Shown here one piece after another: positions 10,095-22,004 of a DNA stretch of 64,000 nt. The stretch lies in contig NC_091480.1 in assembly GCF_036971445.1 (NCBI RefSeq), positions 62,002,001 through 62,066,000 of the forward strand, given 5' to 3'. The number at the start of each line of letters is the position of its first letter. Position 1 is the stretch's first letter. This stretch comes from Narcine bancroftii. Lineage: Eukaryota. A model generated the notes under the pieces. The model saw only the letters and a list, made by a program, of their open reading frames with translations, was not told the DNA's origin and made no database searches. Both the position numbers and the translations under genes were made by a program.

Positions 10095-13000
10095 GGGGGT
10101 CACGGTTCTCAGCCAATACACACCGTGGGGCTGCACGGAGAACCATTAGTTAATTTATGCATAGGACCCCACAGTGACAAATGATATTTTTAGTCGATTC
10201 TGGAGCCGCCTGATCTAGCATTCTACACCAACCCAAGGGGGTAAGAATAGAAGGGACAGTTATAGTTTCAGGGGTGGGAGGACGAGACTTTACAGTCCCG
10301 GTATTGCGAGAGGTCAGAATCCAAATGGGAGATAAGATCATAATCGAGGATCTTCTATTACTTCCCCAAGCCGGAGTATGCTTGCTAGGAAGAGACTTAC
10401 AGGACCAATTGGCTATCGGTACCAGACCTTTACAATCAGGCATTGGAGTACAATTCTATGTTTTGAGCAAGGAGGATCGAAAACTTATAAATCCGAGAGT
10501 ATGGGCAGAAAAAGGCAATAGAGGAATCCTCGACATTCCTCCACTACAAGTCACTTTAAAGGATACTCAACAAATTGTTAGACAGAAACAGTACCCGATT
10601 CCGATGGCTGGCCGAAAAGGTTTACAGCCCGTAATTGACCAGTTGATTCAGGATGGCATACTCGAACCCTATATGTCTCCCTTTAATACCCCGATTTTAC
10701 CTGTTCAAAAACCAGACAGCACCTACCGCTTAGTACAGGACTTGAGGGAGCTTAACAAATTCATTCTTGCCCGTCACCCGGTTGTACCTAACCCCTATAC
10801 CATTATGAGTAAAATTGATCCCCATAATCAATGGTTTAGTGTCATTGATCTCAAGGATGCATTTTGGACTTGTCCATTAGCTACAGAGAGCAGAGACATG
10901 TTTGCCTTTGAATGGGAAAACCCCTTTACTGGCCGTAAAAACCAATACCGGTGGACTGTCCTTCCTCAGGGCTTTACAGAATCACCCAATTTATTCGGTC
11001 AGGTCCTAGAACAGATATTAGATGAGGCTCCTCGGAGAGAAAATTGCCAACTCATACAATACGTTGATGACTTGTTAATTACAGCGAGAACTTATGAATT
11101 AGCTAAAGATTTTACTGTTGCACTTTTAAATTTTCTAGAGAAGAAAGGTCGGAGAGTCAGCGAGTCCAAACTACAATTTGTGCAATCCGAAGTTAAATAC
11201 TTAGGACATCTAGTGAGTCAGGGAACCAGGAAAATTAGCCCAGAGAGAATAACTGGTATTATTCAGATTCCCCTCCCAAAAATTCCCAGGAACTCAGGAA
11301 ATTCCTTGGGTTAGTGGGATTCTGTAGAATCTGGATGGAAAATTATTCTAACCTGGTCAAATTCCTTTATGATAAACTTCCCAGTATAGGAACCGAACCT
11401 CTTGACTGGACGGATGAAGAGATCAAAGATTTTAACTTCGTTAAACATTGCCTTACGCGTGCCCCAGTTTTAGTGATACCCGACTTAAACAAACCTTTTG
11501 ACTTATATACTAATACCAAAGCTGGGGCAGCCACAGGAGTGCTTACCCAAAACAGGGCAGGCTATAGACAACCAGTGGCTTTCCTGTCAAAGCTTTTAGA
11601 CCCCGTTTGTCGCGGCTGGCCAGAATGTGTACAAGCCATCGCAGCCACTGCAATTTTAGTTGAGACAGGGCGAAAGATTACTTTCGGTGCCCCTATGATA
11701 GTTCACACCCCTTATACTGTCCGCAATATTCTCTTACAGCGGGCTGGAAGGTGGCTCACGGACTCGAGAATTTTAAAATATGAAACAATCCTAATGGATA
11801 GCAACGATTTGACCTTACTTACAACTAAAACTCTCAACCCAGCAGCCTTCCTCATCTCTCCAACTACTGACCAATCCTCAAACGATTTAGAACATGTGTG
11901 TTTAGAAGTTATCGAGTTACAAACCAAAATTAGGGAAGACTTAACTGATGTCCCTTTAAATGAAGGAGAAAGATTGTTTATTGACGGCTCTTCACGTTGC
12001 ATTGCAGGAACCCGCTATAGTGGGTATAGTGTAGTGGATGGTAAGCAAGGACTGGTGATCAAAGCCTGTCGCCTCCCTGGTCATTGGTCAGCACAATCCT
12101 GTGAACTATATGCCCTCTGTAGAGCACTCCACGAACTAGAGAACATGGTAGGAACTATCTACACTGACTCTAAGTACGCTTTCGGTGTAGTCCATACCTT
12201 CGGTAAGATATGGAAAGAACGAGGGATGATAACTGGCAAAGGACAGAAGTTAGCCCATGAACACTTAATTATCCAATCCCTAGATGCTTTAACACTCCCG
12301 TCCGAAATTGCCGTAGTACATGTGCGGGGACACCAGACTGGTAACAGTCCTGAAGCTAGAGGCAACAGGCAGGGTGATGCAGCTGCCAAACAGGCGGCAC
12401 TCGCAGAAAAGATTCACATGCACCAGCTACTGCCCACACCAATAGAGATTAAAAAGACCCCCATCTTTTCACGGGAAGATGAGGTCTCAATGAAAGATAA
12501 GGGATTTCGCCAGACTGCCGACGGGTTGTGGTGGACAGCAGACGGACGGCAAGTCCTTAACAAAGCCCTAACTCGCCAAGTTATAGATCAGCTACATCAA
12601 CAAACACATTGGGGAACCCAGTCACTTGCTGATACTTTTGAACGTTCCCTTCACTGCCCTGGCATATACAATATTACTAAACTCGCTACTAGATCTTGTC
12701 CCATTTGTCAGAGGGTTAATAAAAAATCGATGCGGCAAGTAATACCTGGCGGTCGCGACATTGCCGTTCACCCGTTCCAGCGCATACAAATAGACTTCAC
12801 TGAACTTCCTAAAATTGGTATTTACAAATTCCTCCTTGTCATGGTCGATCATTTTACACGATGGGTTGAAGCTTTTCCTACCCCGAATGATCGCGCCAAC
12901 ACTCTCATCAGAATACTCATTGAATGTGTCATTCCACGATACGGTATGAGGCAGACCATTGATTCAGATCGAGGTACGCATTTTACCTCTCAGATTCTCC

Positions 13001-13641
13001 AGGGTGTCTGCAAGAAACTAGGAATAGACTGGCAACTACATACCCCATGGCATCCCCAAAGTTCGGGTCGAGTCGAACGTATGAATCAAACTTTGGAACT
13101 TCAACTCACCCGACTTCATGAAGAGACTGGCCTTTCCTGGATTAAATCGTTACCATTAGCCCTGATTAGAATTCGCATAGCCTCTCGTAAAGACCTTGCA
13201 GTCTCACCGTACGAGATGATGTTTGGGCTTCCATTTATGGGGTTCCACACTGATTCTCCCATCCCCGAGACTAATGACCAATACATTTCAAAATTTTTAC
13301 AAGGGCTTTCTACTTCAATCCACGACTTGAAACAAAAGGGACTATTAGCCCAAACTCCACCCTTAGACTTTCCTATACATTCTATTAAACCTGGTGATTG
13401 GGTTTATGTCAAAGCATGGCAAGATGTCCAACTAAAACCTGCCTGGGATGGTCCCTACTGTGTACTTTAAATTACAGACACCGCCGTACGAACAAGAGAA
13501 AAAGGCTGGACCCACATTCAAAGAATCAAACCAGCTTCCGAACCACAACATCACGACGCACAGACTCAACCCTCAACCTGGCGTGCAGTTCCTCATCCTT
13601 CAGACCTGAAACTTACACTGCGCCGCGACAAAGTGCCGTAA
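10095..13641 (+). pseudogene. pol: ERV pro-pol (protease, RT, RNase H, integrase), disrupted
   Basis: FLVDSGA protease motif; LPQG and YVDD RT motifs; FIDGSS RNase H; H-H-C-C and DDE integrase with a GPY module. Frameshifts near 10175 and 11290, in-frame stops near 10211 and 13468. Confidence 0.93.
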
Positions 13642-14011
13642 TGTTACATTTATTGTTGTATTGTTTTTTTTAACTGTTGATGTCGCTTAATTACTCGCTA
13701 TGTTTTAAGTCCTCCTAGAATAGGGGCAGCAGAGGTTACAATTGTGTTACTTTACAGTGTAGACAGGGCATAGATTTCAGACAGATATGTTTTCATAAGG
13801 CATTCCAATGCGGACCAGAGGAACAGAGCAGCTATAGTCAGTTAACAGCCTACATAGGTATTGACGACAGGAGTTCTAAACCTCTAGCACAACAGAGATG
13901 GTTTGACATAGACACACTGAATGTTACTAATCAATGTACATTTCGCGCACAGGGAGAGAATACATGTTCTCATTCACACACATTGGCTTCTACTCACAAC
14001 CTCACTGATAC
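13641..14011 (+). pseudogene. env: Truncated env 5' region of provirus A
   Basis: Hydrophobic start MLHLLLYCFF. Shares TAAGTCCTCCT(A/G)GAATAGGGGCAGCAGAGGT with ~16408-16439. Cut off by the L1. Confidence 0.65.
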
Positions 14012-15317
14012 TCGTTTTTGCTGTATTAAACTCCTTCCTCTTCTTCAGGAGTTCAATATCTGGATAGAAAAAAAATTTTTGACCTTTGTATTCCAGTGGT
14101 TTTTTGTCTTGTCTTATTTTCCTCATTGCTTTCTCCAATATATTTTCTCTTGTATATCTTAGGAATTTTACTAGAATGGATCTTGTTTTTGTTCTGGTTG
14201 TGGTTTAGGGGCTAATGTTCTGTGTGCCCTTTCTATTTCCATTTCTTCCTGTAATTCTGGTCTTCCTAGGACCCTGGGGATCCATTCTTTTATAAAATCT
14301 CTCATATTCTTGCCTTCTTCATCTTCCTTAAGGCCCACTATCTTTATATTGTTTCTTCTATTATAATTTTCCATTATATCTATCTTCTGAGCTAACAGCT
14401 CTTGCCTCTTTAACTTTTTTATCAGATTCTTCTAATTTCTTTTTTAAGTCATCTACTTCCATTTCTATGCTGTTTCTCGTTTTTCCACCTTGTCCACTCT
14501 TTTTCCTATATCTGACATGATCATCTTCTGTACTTTTTATTCTTCTTTTTATTTAACTGAATTCTTGTGATTGCCATTCTTTTACTGATTCCATATATTC
14601 TTTAAAAAAAAATATCCATGTACTTGCCCTTCCCTTCATCTTCCGTTTCTCTTTGTTCTTCCTCTTCTTCTTCTGAGTCCACTCCAGGATCTGTGTCCTT
14701 TACCTCTGTCTCTTCTGGTTTTCTTGTTGGGTTGTTTGTTTTATTTTGTTGGGTATTTTTGGTCTTCTTCTTTTTACTAGAAGTGTCGTGTTGCTGGTCT
14801 TCTTCCTCTGGGTTGGTCATCTGTTGTTTCTTTGATTTCTTTTTACTCTCTTCTTTCTTGCTCTCGTTATTTTCTGTGTTTTCCTCTTGCTGCTTTGTTG
14901 TGGCTGTCAATCTCAGCTGTGGAGATCGACTCCTCAGCTGGTCCCCCTCCCGTCAGTATTATTTTTGTCTTGCGCATTGCACACGCGCGGTTGCGCACTT
15001 TTGTTTGGCTCCGTGAGCCATTTTTGTAGTCCCGAGTTCGGGGCTTCGACTGACCTTAGGGAGCAGGCTTCTCTCTCCACGGCGGGCCTCCTCGTACAGG
15101 TAAGGCCTTCACCTTCTTCTTCCAACGTCTTTTCTTCTTCTCTTCTTCCCGTTGCTTTTGGCTTTTCTTTCTTCGCTGCCATTTTCTCCACACCTTCATT
15201 TTCACTTTATTTTTGTTTTTGTGTTTGTGGCTTTGTTTTTTCACTGTGTTTTTTTCACTTTTCCAGAGAGGGCTGGAGTTCCCCGACCGGCCACTACTCC
15301 ATCACGTGACTCCCCTC
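14012..15317 (-). mobile_element. L1 copy 2: 5'UTR plus most of ORF1 only (3'-truncated)
   Basis: Intact 5' terminus (..CCATCACGTGACTCCCC on the plus strand) and ORF1 homologous to 4260-5457. No ORF2, 3'UTR or poly(A). Confidence 0.9.
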
Positions 15318-16329
15318 AACACAGGCACTTGTTGATGCTTTTGTACGGTCCTTTAATTGCTCGGGAATATACACCATAGCCAAGCAAAGTACTCGGGGGT
15401 GCTCAATCTGTCAGCCAGTGAATAAGAAAGTCATGCGCCAGGTAATGCCTGGCGGTCGCTATATAGCCGTACGCCCGTTTCAACAAATAAAGATTGACTT
15501 CACGGAATTACCTAAGACAGGGGCTTATAAATACCTCCTGGTGATGGTGGATCATTTTACTCGATTGGTTGAGGCTTTCCCGATCCCTAATGATCGTGCT
15601 AGGACCATTATCCGGATATTACTAGAGTCTGTTATTCCGCGTTATGGCATTATTCAAACCATTGACTCAGATCGAGGTACACATTTTACCTCTCAGGTAC
15701 TCCAGGGTGTGTGTAAAATCCTGGGAATAGATTGGCAGTTACATACCCCATGGCACCCCCAGAGTTCAGGCCGTGTTGAACGGATGAATCAGACCCTGAA
15801 AAATCAACTCACTCGGTTTCATGAGGAAACTGGCCTCTCCTGGATTAAATGCTTACCCTTTGCTTTAATTAGGACTTGTAAGGACCTTGCTGTCTCACCA
15901 TATGAAATGATGTTTGGTCTTCCTTACATGGGATTCCACACTGATACCTCTACCCCTGAGGCTAATGACCAGTGCATATCTAAATATTTACAGGGACTTT
16001 CTACTTCTCTGTATGACTTAAGACAGAAGGATTTATTAGCTCAAAACCCACCCCTGGACTATCCTATTCATTCTGTTAAACCTGGTGATTGGGTATATGT
16101 AAAAGCGTGGCAAGACCATAAACTAAAACCGATATGGGACGGCCCTTATTGTGTACTTCTGATTACAGACACTGCAGTACGAACAAAAGAAAAGGGGTGG
16201 ACTCACATACAACGCATTAAACAAGCTAATCCACGAAATAAAGACGTTGATAATATACCCTCCACCTGGCATGCAGTCTCGCATCCTTCTGGCCTGAAAG
16301 TTACGCTACGCCGGGAAAAAGTGCTGTAA
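15318..16329 (+). pseudogene. pol: Integrase of a second, diverged provirus B
   Basis: ORF 15418-16329 (IDFTELP, TIDSDRGTHF, PQSSGRVERMN, WDGPY) parallels 12615-13641 with many substitutions. Confidence 0.92.
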
Positions 16330-17270
16330 TGTTATTTTTATTATTTGCTGTATTGTTTTTCTGCTGGTTCCCAATTTTTGGGAAACCACCCAATTGAACA
16401 CAATGTATTAAGTCCTCCTGGAATAGGGGCAGCAGAGGTGATAATTATTTTGAGAAATGGACAAGTTTACCTTTAGAATGCAGACAGGGCACAGGTATAG
16501 AGTGTATTCATAGTGGGGTACCTTATTTAGTATGGTTTAATTTAGGATCCCAACATGGACCAGGGAAACAGAACTGCCTGGGGAGTGGATTGGGTTTGCG
16601 TCCCGGCCTCTACAGATATTAAAGAGATGAGTGCTAAGAATATGGTACAAAGAAGATGGTGGGAAAATGATAGGCAGAACATTAGTCAGGGCTATACCTG
16701 GAGTAGGGATAAAGGGGGTATATATGCTAATGCTCGCAGACAAGCTGCTACTCACAGGTTAGGTAATGATAAACCCCGCCCCCACCAACTTGGCATCTTG
16801 TAAATTATCCTTTGGGTCACAAATACATTCGGAAGACTAAAGGCCTTCACTATAAGGGGGATTCCAGTTGTAAATGGCTCAAGCTGCTCTAGAGTACCAC
16901 AGCTGTTTGGCATTTAAACCGTTTAATCAGACTCCAGGCAGTTTTGGAGATTATCACCAAACAGACAGCGATGGCCTTGGATTTATTGGCTGAAGAACAA
17001 CGACAGATACGAGCTACAGCTTATCAAAACCGCCTGGCTCTCGATTACTTGTTGGCTGCTTAGGGCGGCGTTTGTGGAAGATTGATTGATGACAACGGTC
17101 ACAATGGTCAGGCGGTTGAACTTTTTACTGGTGACTTATAGCAGTTGGACTCGTTATTTTAGCCATCATGATACTTCCCTGCCTAATGACTTGTGTGCAG
17201 TGTTTAATTCAACAGACCCTTCGTCAGATCACTACAACCAAAAGGATATATGTTTCCCAAGCTCCGTCTG
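16329..17270 (+). pseudogene. env: Internally deleted env of provirus B
   Basis: Signal-peptide-like MLFLLFAVLFFCWFP. TM heptad repeat and immunosuppressive domain [53 protein letters not shown] at ~16918-17080. Confidence 0.85.
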
Positions 17271-17368
17271 ATGATGCTGAGATTGCAGTTCGTTTGCTGA
17301 CTTGCTGGGAAAAAGACCAAGCTTCCAGTTGAGAATTTACTAAGCGTAGCTAAAGAAAAAGTGTGGAT

Positions 17369-17927
17369 TGTGAGAGATAATAAAATATAGGAAGTAAAGC
17401 TAGTATGAATGAAATAAGGAATACTGGACTGGACTAGAGGAAGTTAAGTAAGTGCTGAATAGGGATGAATTCCGATAAGAGTGTGAGGAAGGGTTGGGCA
17501 AGTATAATAGAATAAGGGTTTTATAGTGATAGAAAGAATTAGCAAGTTCTGCATATAGAATTAGTAAGTCCTGGGGGTTGACATGTGTGAATAAGGGCAA
17601 AGGCAGATTCATGAATAAGGACAATGACATGGTGGGACCCAGACAGGATACCCCATGGTCTTTCAAGTTTACAGAAACTGCACTTAGGCAGACAGAATTA
17701 CCAAATGCCAAACCAATCCAATGTTGGGGGGGGGTGGGGGGGTGGGGGGGGGGGGAGGGTACCTCTATACTGAAATTAACTGTATAAAAGTTGGGTGAGC
17801 CCCAGTATGTGTGTGTATTCCCAGGGTAAGGGGAGGCACCCAATTTTGCATTGTTGTTATAATAAATGTTCTTTGTTCTCAATTTTTGTCTCGAGCGAAA
17901 TCTGTGAAGGTACTTCTGTTTCTCACA
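17369..17927 (+). repeat. ERV 3' LTR (provirus B), ~559 bp
   Basis: Perfect terminal inverted repeat TGTGAGA...TCTCACA, preceded by a purine-rich tract (AAAGAAAAAGTGTGGAT). TATAAAA at ~17783 and AATAAA at ~17861. Confidence 0.9.
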
Positions 17928-17929
17928 GA

Positions 17930-18480
17930 AGAACTGTTTGGGGTCGTTCGGAGGAGGTGTGGGCGCAAGTGGAACACCTCCTGAGGACCCAGGGCCCTGG
18001 TATGATTGATGGCCTGATGGGAGAGAGAAGTGGACGAGGGGGTCACGGAGGGAGGGCTCTCTGTAGAAGGCGGAGAGGACAATATGTATTCAGGGTCGGC
18101 AGAGACAGGATGAATCCGAGTGCGGCTGCGCGGGGGCAGGCGCACGGAGCGGAGACGCGCCAGCGCGGGCACGTCGCGGGGAGCAGGCGCGTTGACTCAC
18201 GCCAGCTTCCTCCTCCCCGTCCCGGTGCTGAGACCTTTCAACCTTGTGGCCGGCGAGCGAGCGACATGTCCCTGTTGGCAGCGAACAGAGCGGCGGCGAG
18301 GTTGCTGCGAAGCGCCAAGGTGAGGGGGAGGCACCGGCCACCGATTCATAGGCCTGGCCAGTCGGTCGGTGATGCAGGCGGCAGGCTTCGGCTCGCACAG
18401 TAGGCCGCGGTCGTCCGCTGTCTGCGGTACCGAGGGTCTGGCCTGCAGTGGGTGAGGGACGGATTGGTTTCTGCTGGAAC
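17930..18480 (+). promoter_or_regulatory. CpG island around citrate synthase exon 1
   Basis: High GC and CpG density surrounding the CS start codon. Confidence 0.65.
18266..18319 (+). CDS. CS: Citrate synthase coding exon 1 (mitochondrial presequence MSLLAANRAAARLLRSAK)
   Basis: Resembles human MALLTAAARLLGTK; phase-0 GTGAG donor at 18320; in frame with the downstream exons. Confidence 0.85.
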
Positions 18481-18618
18481 GGGGGAGAGAGGGGGTGTTG
18501 ACTGTGTCGCCTCTCCTTTAACCCCCCCTTCCCCTGTACACCCCGGTTCCCCCTCACCCTACCCCCACCTCCCCCTACCCCCACCTCCCCCTACCCCCAC
18601 CTCCCCCTACCCCCACCT

Positions 18619-21222
18619 CCCCCGGTTCCCCCCCTTCCCCCGGTTCCCCCCCTTCCCCCGGTTCCCCCCCTTCCCCCGGTTCCCCCCCTTCCCCCGGTTC
18701 CCCCCCTTCCCCCGGTTCCCCCCCTTCCCCCGGTTCCCCCCCTTCCCCCGGTTCCCCCCCTTCCCCGGTTCCCCCCCTTCCCCCGGTTCCCCCCCTTCCC
18801 CCGGTTCCCCCCCTTCCCCCGGTTCCCCCCCTTCCCCCGGTTCCCCCCCTTCCCCCGGTTCCCCCCCTTCCCCCGGTTCCCCCCCTTCCCCCGGTTCCCC
18901 CCCTTCCCCCGGTTCCCCCCCTTCCCCCGGTTCCCCCCCTTCCCCCGGTTCCCCCCCTTCCCCCGGTTCCCCCCCTTCCCCCGGTTCCCCCCCTTCCCCC
19001 GGTTCCCCCCCTTCCCCCGGTTCCCCCCCTTCCCCCGGTTCCCCCCCTTCCCCCGGTTCCCCCCCTTCCCCCGGTTCCCCCCCTTCCCCCGGTTCCCCCC
19101 CTTCCCCCGGTTCCCCCCCTTCCCCCGGTTCCCCCCCTTCCCCCGGTTCCCCCCCTTCCCCCGGTTCCCCCCCTTCCCCCGGTTCCCCCCCTTCCCCCGG
19201 TTCCCCCCCTTCCCCCGGTTCCCCCGGTTCCCCCCCTTCCCCCGGTTCCCCCCCTTCCCCCGGTTCCCCCCCTTCCCCCGGTTCCCCCCCTTCCCCCGGT
19301 TCCCCCCCTTCCCCCGGTTCCCCCGGTTCCCCCCCTTCCCCCGGTTCCCCCCCTTCCCCCGGTTCCCCCCCTTCCCCCGGTTCCCCCCCTTCCCCCGGTT
19401 CCCCCCCTTCCCCCGGTTCCCCCCCTTCCCCCGGTTCCCCCCCTTCCCCCGGTTCCCCCCCTTCCCCCGGTTCCCCCCCTTCCCCCGGTTCCCCCCCTTC
19501 CCCCGGTTCCCCCCCTTCCCCCGGTTCCCCCCCTTCCCCCGGTTCCCCCCCTTCCCCCGGTTCCCCCCCTTCCCCCGGTTCCCCCCCTTCCCCCGGTTCC
19601 CCCCCTTCCCCCGGTTCCCCCCCTTCCCCCGGTTCCCCCCCTTCCCCCGGTTCCCCCCCTTCCCCCGGTTCCCCCCCTTCCCCCGGTTCCCCCCCTTCCC
19701 CCGGTTCCCCCCCTTCCCCCGGTTCCCCCCCTTCCCCCGGTTCCCCCCCTTCCCCCGGTTCCCCCCCTTCCCCCGGTTCCCCCCCTTCCCCCGGTTCCCC
19801 CCCTTCCCCCGGTTCCCCCCCTTCCCCCGGTTCCCCCCCTTCCCCCGGTTCCCCCCCTTCCCCCGGTTCCCCCCCTTCCCCCGGTTCCCCCCCTTCCCCC
19901 GGTTCCCCCCCTTCCCCCGGTTCCCCCCCTTCCCCCGGTTCCCCCCCTTCCCCCGGTTCCCCCCCTTCCCCCGGTTCCCCCCCTTCCCCCGGTTCCCCCC
20001 CTTCCCCCGGTTCCCCCCCTTCCCCCGGTTCCCCCCCTTCCCCCGGTTCCCCCCCTTCCCCCGGTTCCCCCCCTTCCCCCGGTTCCCCCCCTTCCCCCGG
20101 TTCCCCCCCTTCCCCCGGTTCCCCCCCTTCCCCCGGTTCCCCCCCTTCCCCCGGTTCCCCCCCTTCCCCCGGTTCCCCCCCTTCCCCCGGTTCCCCCCCT
20201 TCCCCCGGTTCCCCCCCTTCCCCCGGTTCCCCCCCTTCCCCCGGTTCCCCCCCTTCCCCCGGTTCCCCCCCTTCCCCCGGTTCCCCCCCTTCCCCCGGTT
20301 CCCCCCCTTCCCCCGGTTCCCCCCCTTCCCCCGGTTCCCCCCCTTCCCCCGGTTCCCCCCCTTCCCCCGGTTCCCCCCCTTCCCCCGGTTCCCCCCCTTC
20401 CCCGGTTCCCCCCCTTCCCCCGGTTCCCCCCCTTCCCCCGGTTCCCCCCCTTCCCCCGGTTCCCCCCCTTCCCCCGGTTCCCCCCCTTCCCCCGGTTCCC
20501 CCCCTTCCCCCGGTTCCCCCCCTTCCCCCGGTTCCCCCCCTTCCCCCGGTTCCCCCCCTTCCCCCGGTTCCCCCCCTTCCCCCGGTTCCCCCCCTTCCCC
20601 CGGTTCCCCCCCTTCCCCCGGTTCCCCCCCTTCCCCCGGTTCCCCCCCTTCCCCCGGTTCCCCCCCTTCCCCCGGTTCCCCCCCTTCCCCCGGTTCCCCC
20701 CCTTCCCCCGGTTCCCCCCCTTCCCCCGGTTCCCCCCCTTCCCCCGGTTCCCCCCCTTCCCCCGGTTCCCCCCCTTCCCCCGGTTCCCCCCCTTCCCCCG
20801 GTTCCCCCCCTTCCCCCGGTTCCCCCCCTTCCCCCGGTTCCCCCCCTTCCCCCGGTTCCCCCCCTTCCCCCGGTTCCCCCCCTTCCCCCGGTTCCCCCCC
20901 TTCCCCCGGTTCCCCCCCTTCCCCCGGTTCCCCCCCTTCCCCCGGTTCCCCCCCTTCCCCCGGTTCCCCCCCTTCCCCCGGTTCCCCCCCTTCCCCCGGT
21001 TCCCCCCCTTCCCCCGGTTCCCCCCCTTCCCCCGGTTCCCCCCCTTCCCCCGGTTCCCCCCCTTCCCCCGGTTCCCCCCCTTCCCCCGGTTCCCCCCCTT
21101 CCCCCGGTTCCCCCCCTTCCCCCGGTTCCCCCCCTTCCCCCGGTTCCCCCCCTTCCCCCGGTTCCCCCCCTTCCCCCGGTTCCCCCCCTCCCCCCCCCCC
21201 TCTCCGGGTTCCCCCCCTTCCC
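18619..21222. repeat. C-rich 18-bp minisatellite (CCCCCGGTTCCCCCCCTT)n, roughly 140 copies
   Basis: Direct reading: near-perfect tandem array with rare 1-nt and 9-nt slips. Confidence 0.97.
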
Positions 21223-22004
21223 CATCTTCAAACATTCCCCGCCCCCACCCCACCCAGCTAATCCTTAGATTATTCCTGCCACTGCCCCTGAATGATCAGA
21301 TATCCCCTCCCCTCTGTTCTCTCCATCCCAGATAGGTAAGTAATACCTCTAAATTTTGCCTCCTCTGGCTACTGGTTGTTTTGTGGAGTTCAGACTAAAT
21401 TATGCTGTTTGTGTTCCAGTGGATGCCAAACATGAGCCGTTGCGTTAAAGTTAACAAAGTATCTGGAAAATAATTGAGAAAGGGGACAGACATACTGGGA
21501 GAAATCAAATGTAAAGCAGTTTAAGACGTTAAGTGGTATGTAGCAGTTCCCAATGCCAACTTGAGTATAAGAAGAAATTTGTCAACATTTCTTGTGCTTG
21601 ACCAGTTTCTTGTTAAACCATTTCTTCTGTGAACTTTTGTCATTTGGATATTGCTGACAAGGTCAGTGTTTGTTGCCCTTCCCTTGAGAAGGTAATGCAA
21701 GCCATCTCTTTGAACCTTTGCTTTTTTTTATGGTGAAGCTGTAACCCCCAGTGCTGTTGGAGGAGTTTCTGGGATTGCAACCCAGCAGCAATACATTTCC
21801 AGATCAAGATTGTGTTGGGTTTGGAAGGGAGCCTGGAGCTGGCCATCTCTATATATGATCAGTATTCCCATCCTTGGAGATTGCTTCAGCAAGTGGTGTT
21901 GGAGTAGCCTGTGTGAGTAATTGTTGGGCATTTTGTAGATAATGCTGCACATTTTGGTTGTAGGTTGGGTTCTGGGTGGGTCAGGGTGCCTGGTTCAAAA
22001 GGCC

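Noticed and set aside
7469..17927. Replication-competent provirus or domesticated env/gag
   Set aside because: Gag, protease, RT and integrase carry stops or frameshifts, and both env copies are truncated or deleted.
18452..21268. 870-940 aa Pro/Gly-rich ORFs on both strands (collagen- or extensin-like)
   Set aside because: They are translations of a stop-free 18-bp minisatellite inside CS intron 1, with no sign of being real genes.
21640..21960. Possible exon or conserved element in CS intron 1
   Set aside because: It looks like a decayed interspersed repeat end, but I could not assign a family or a splice-bounded reading frame.
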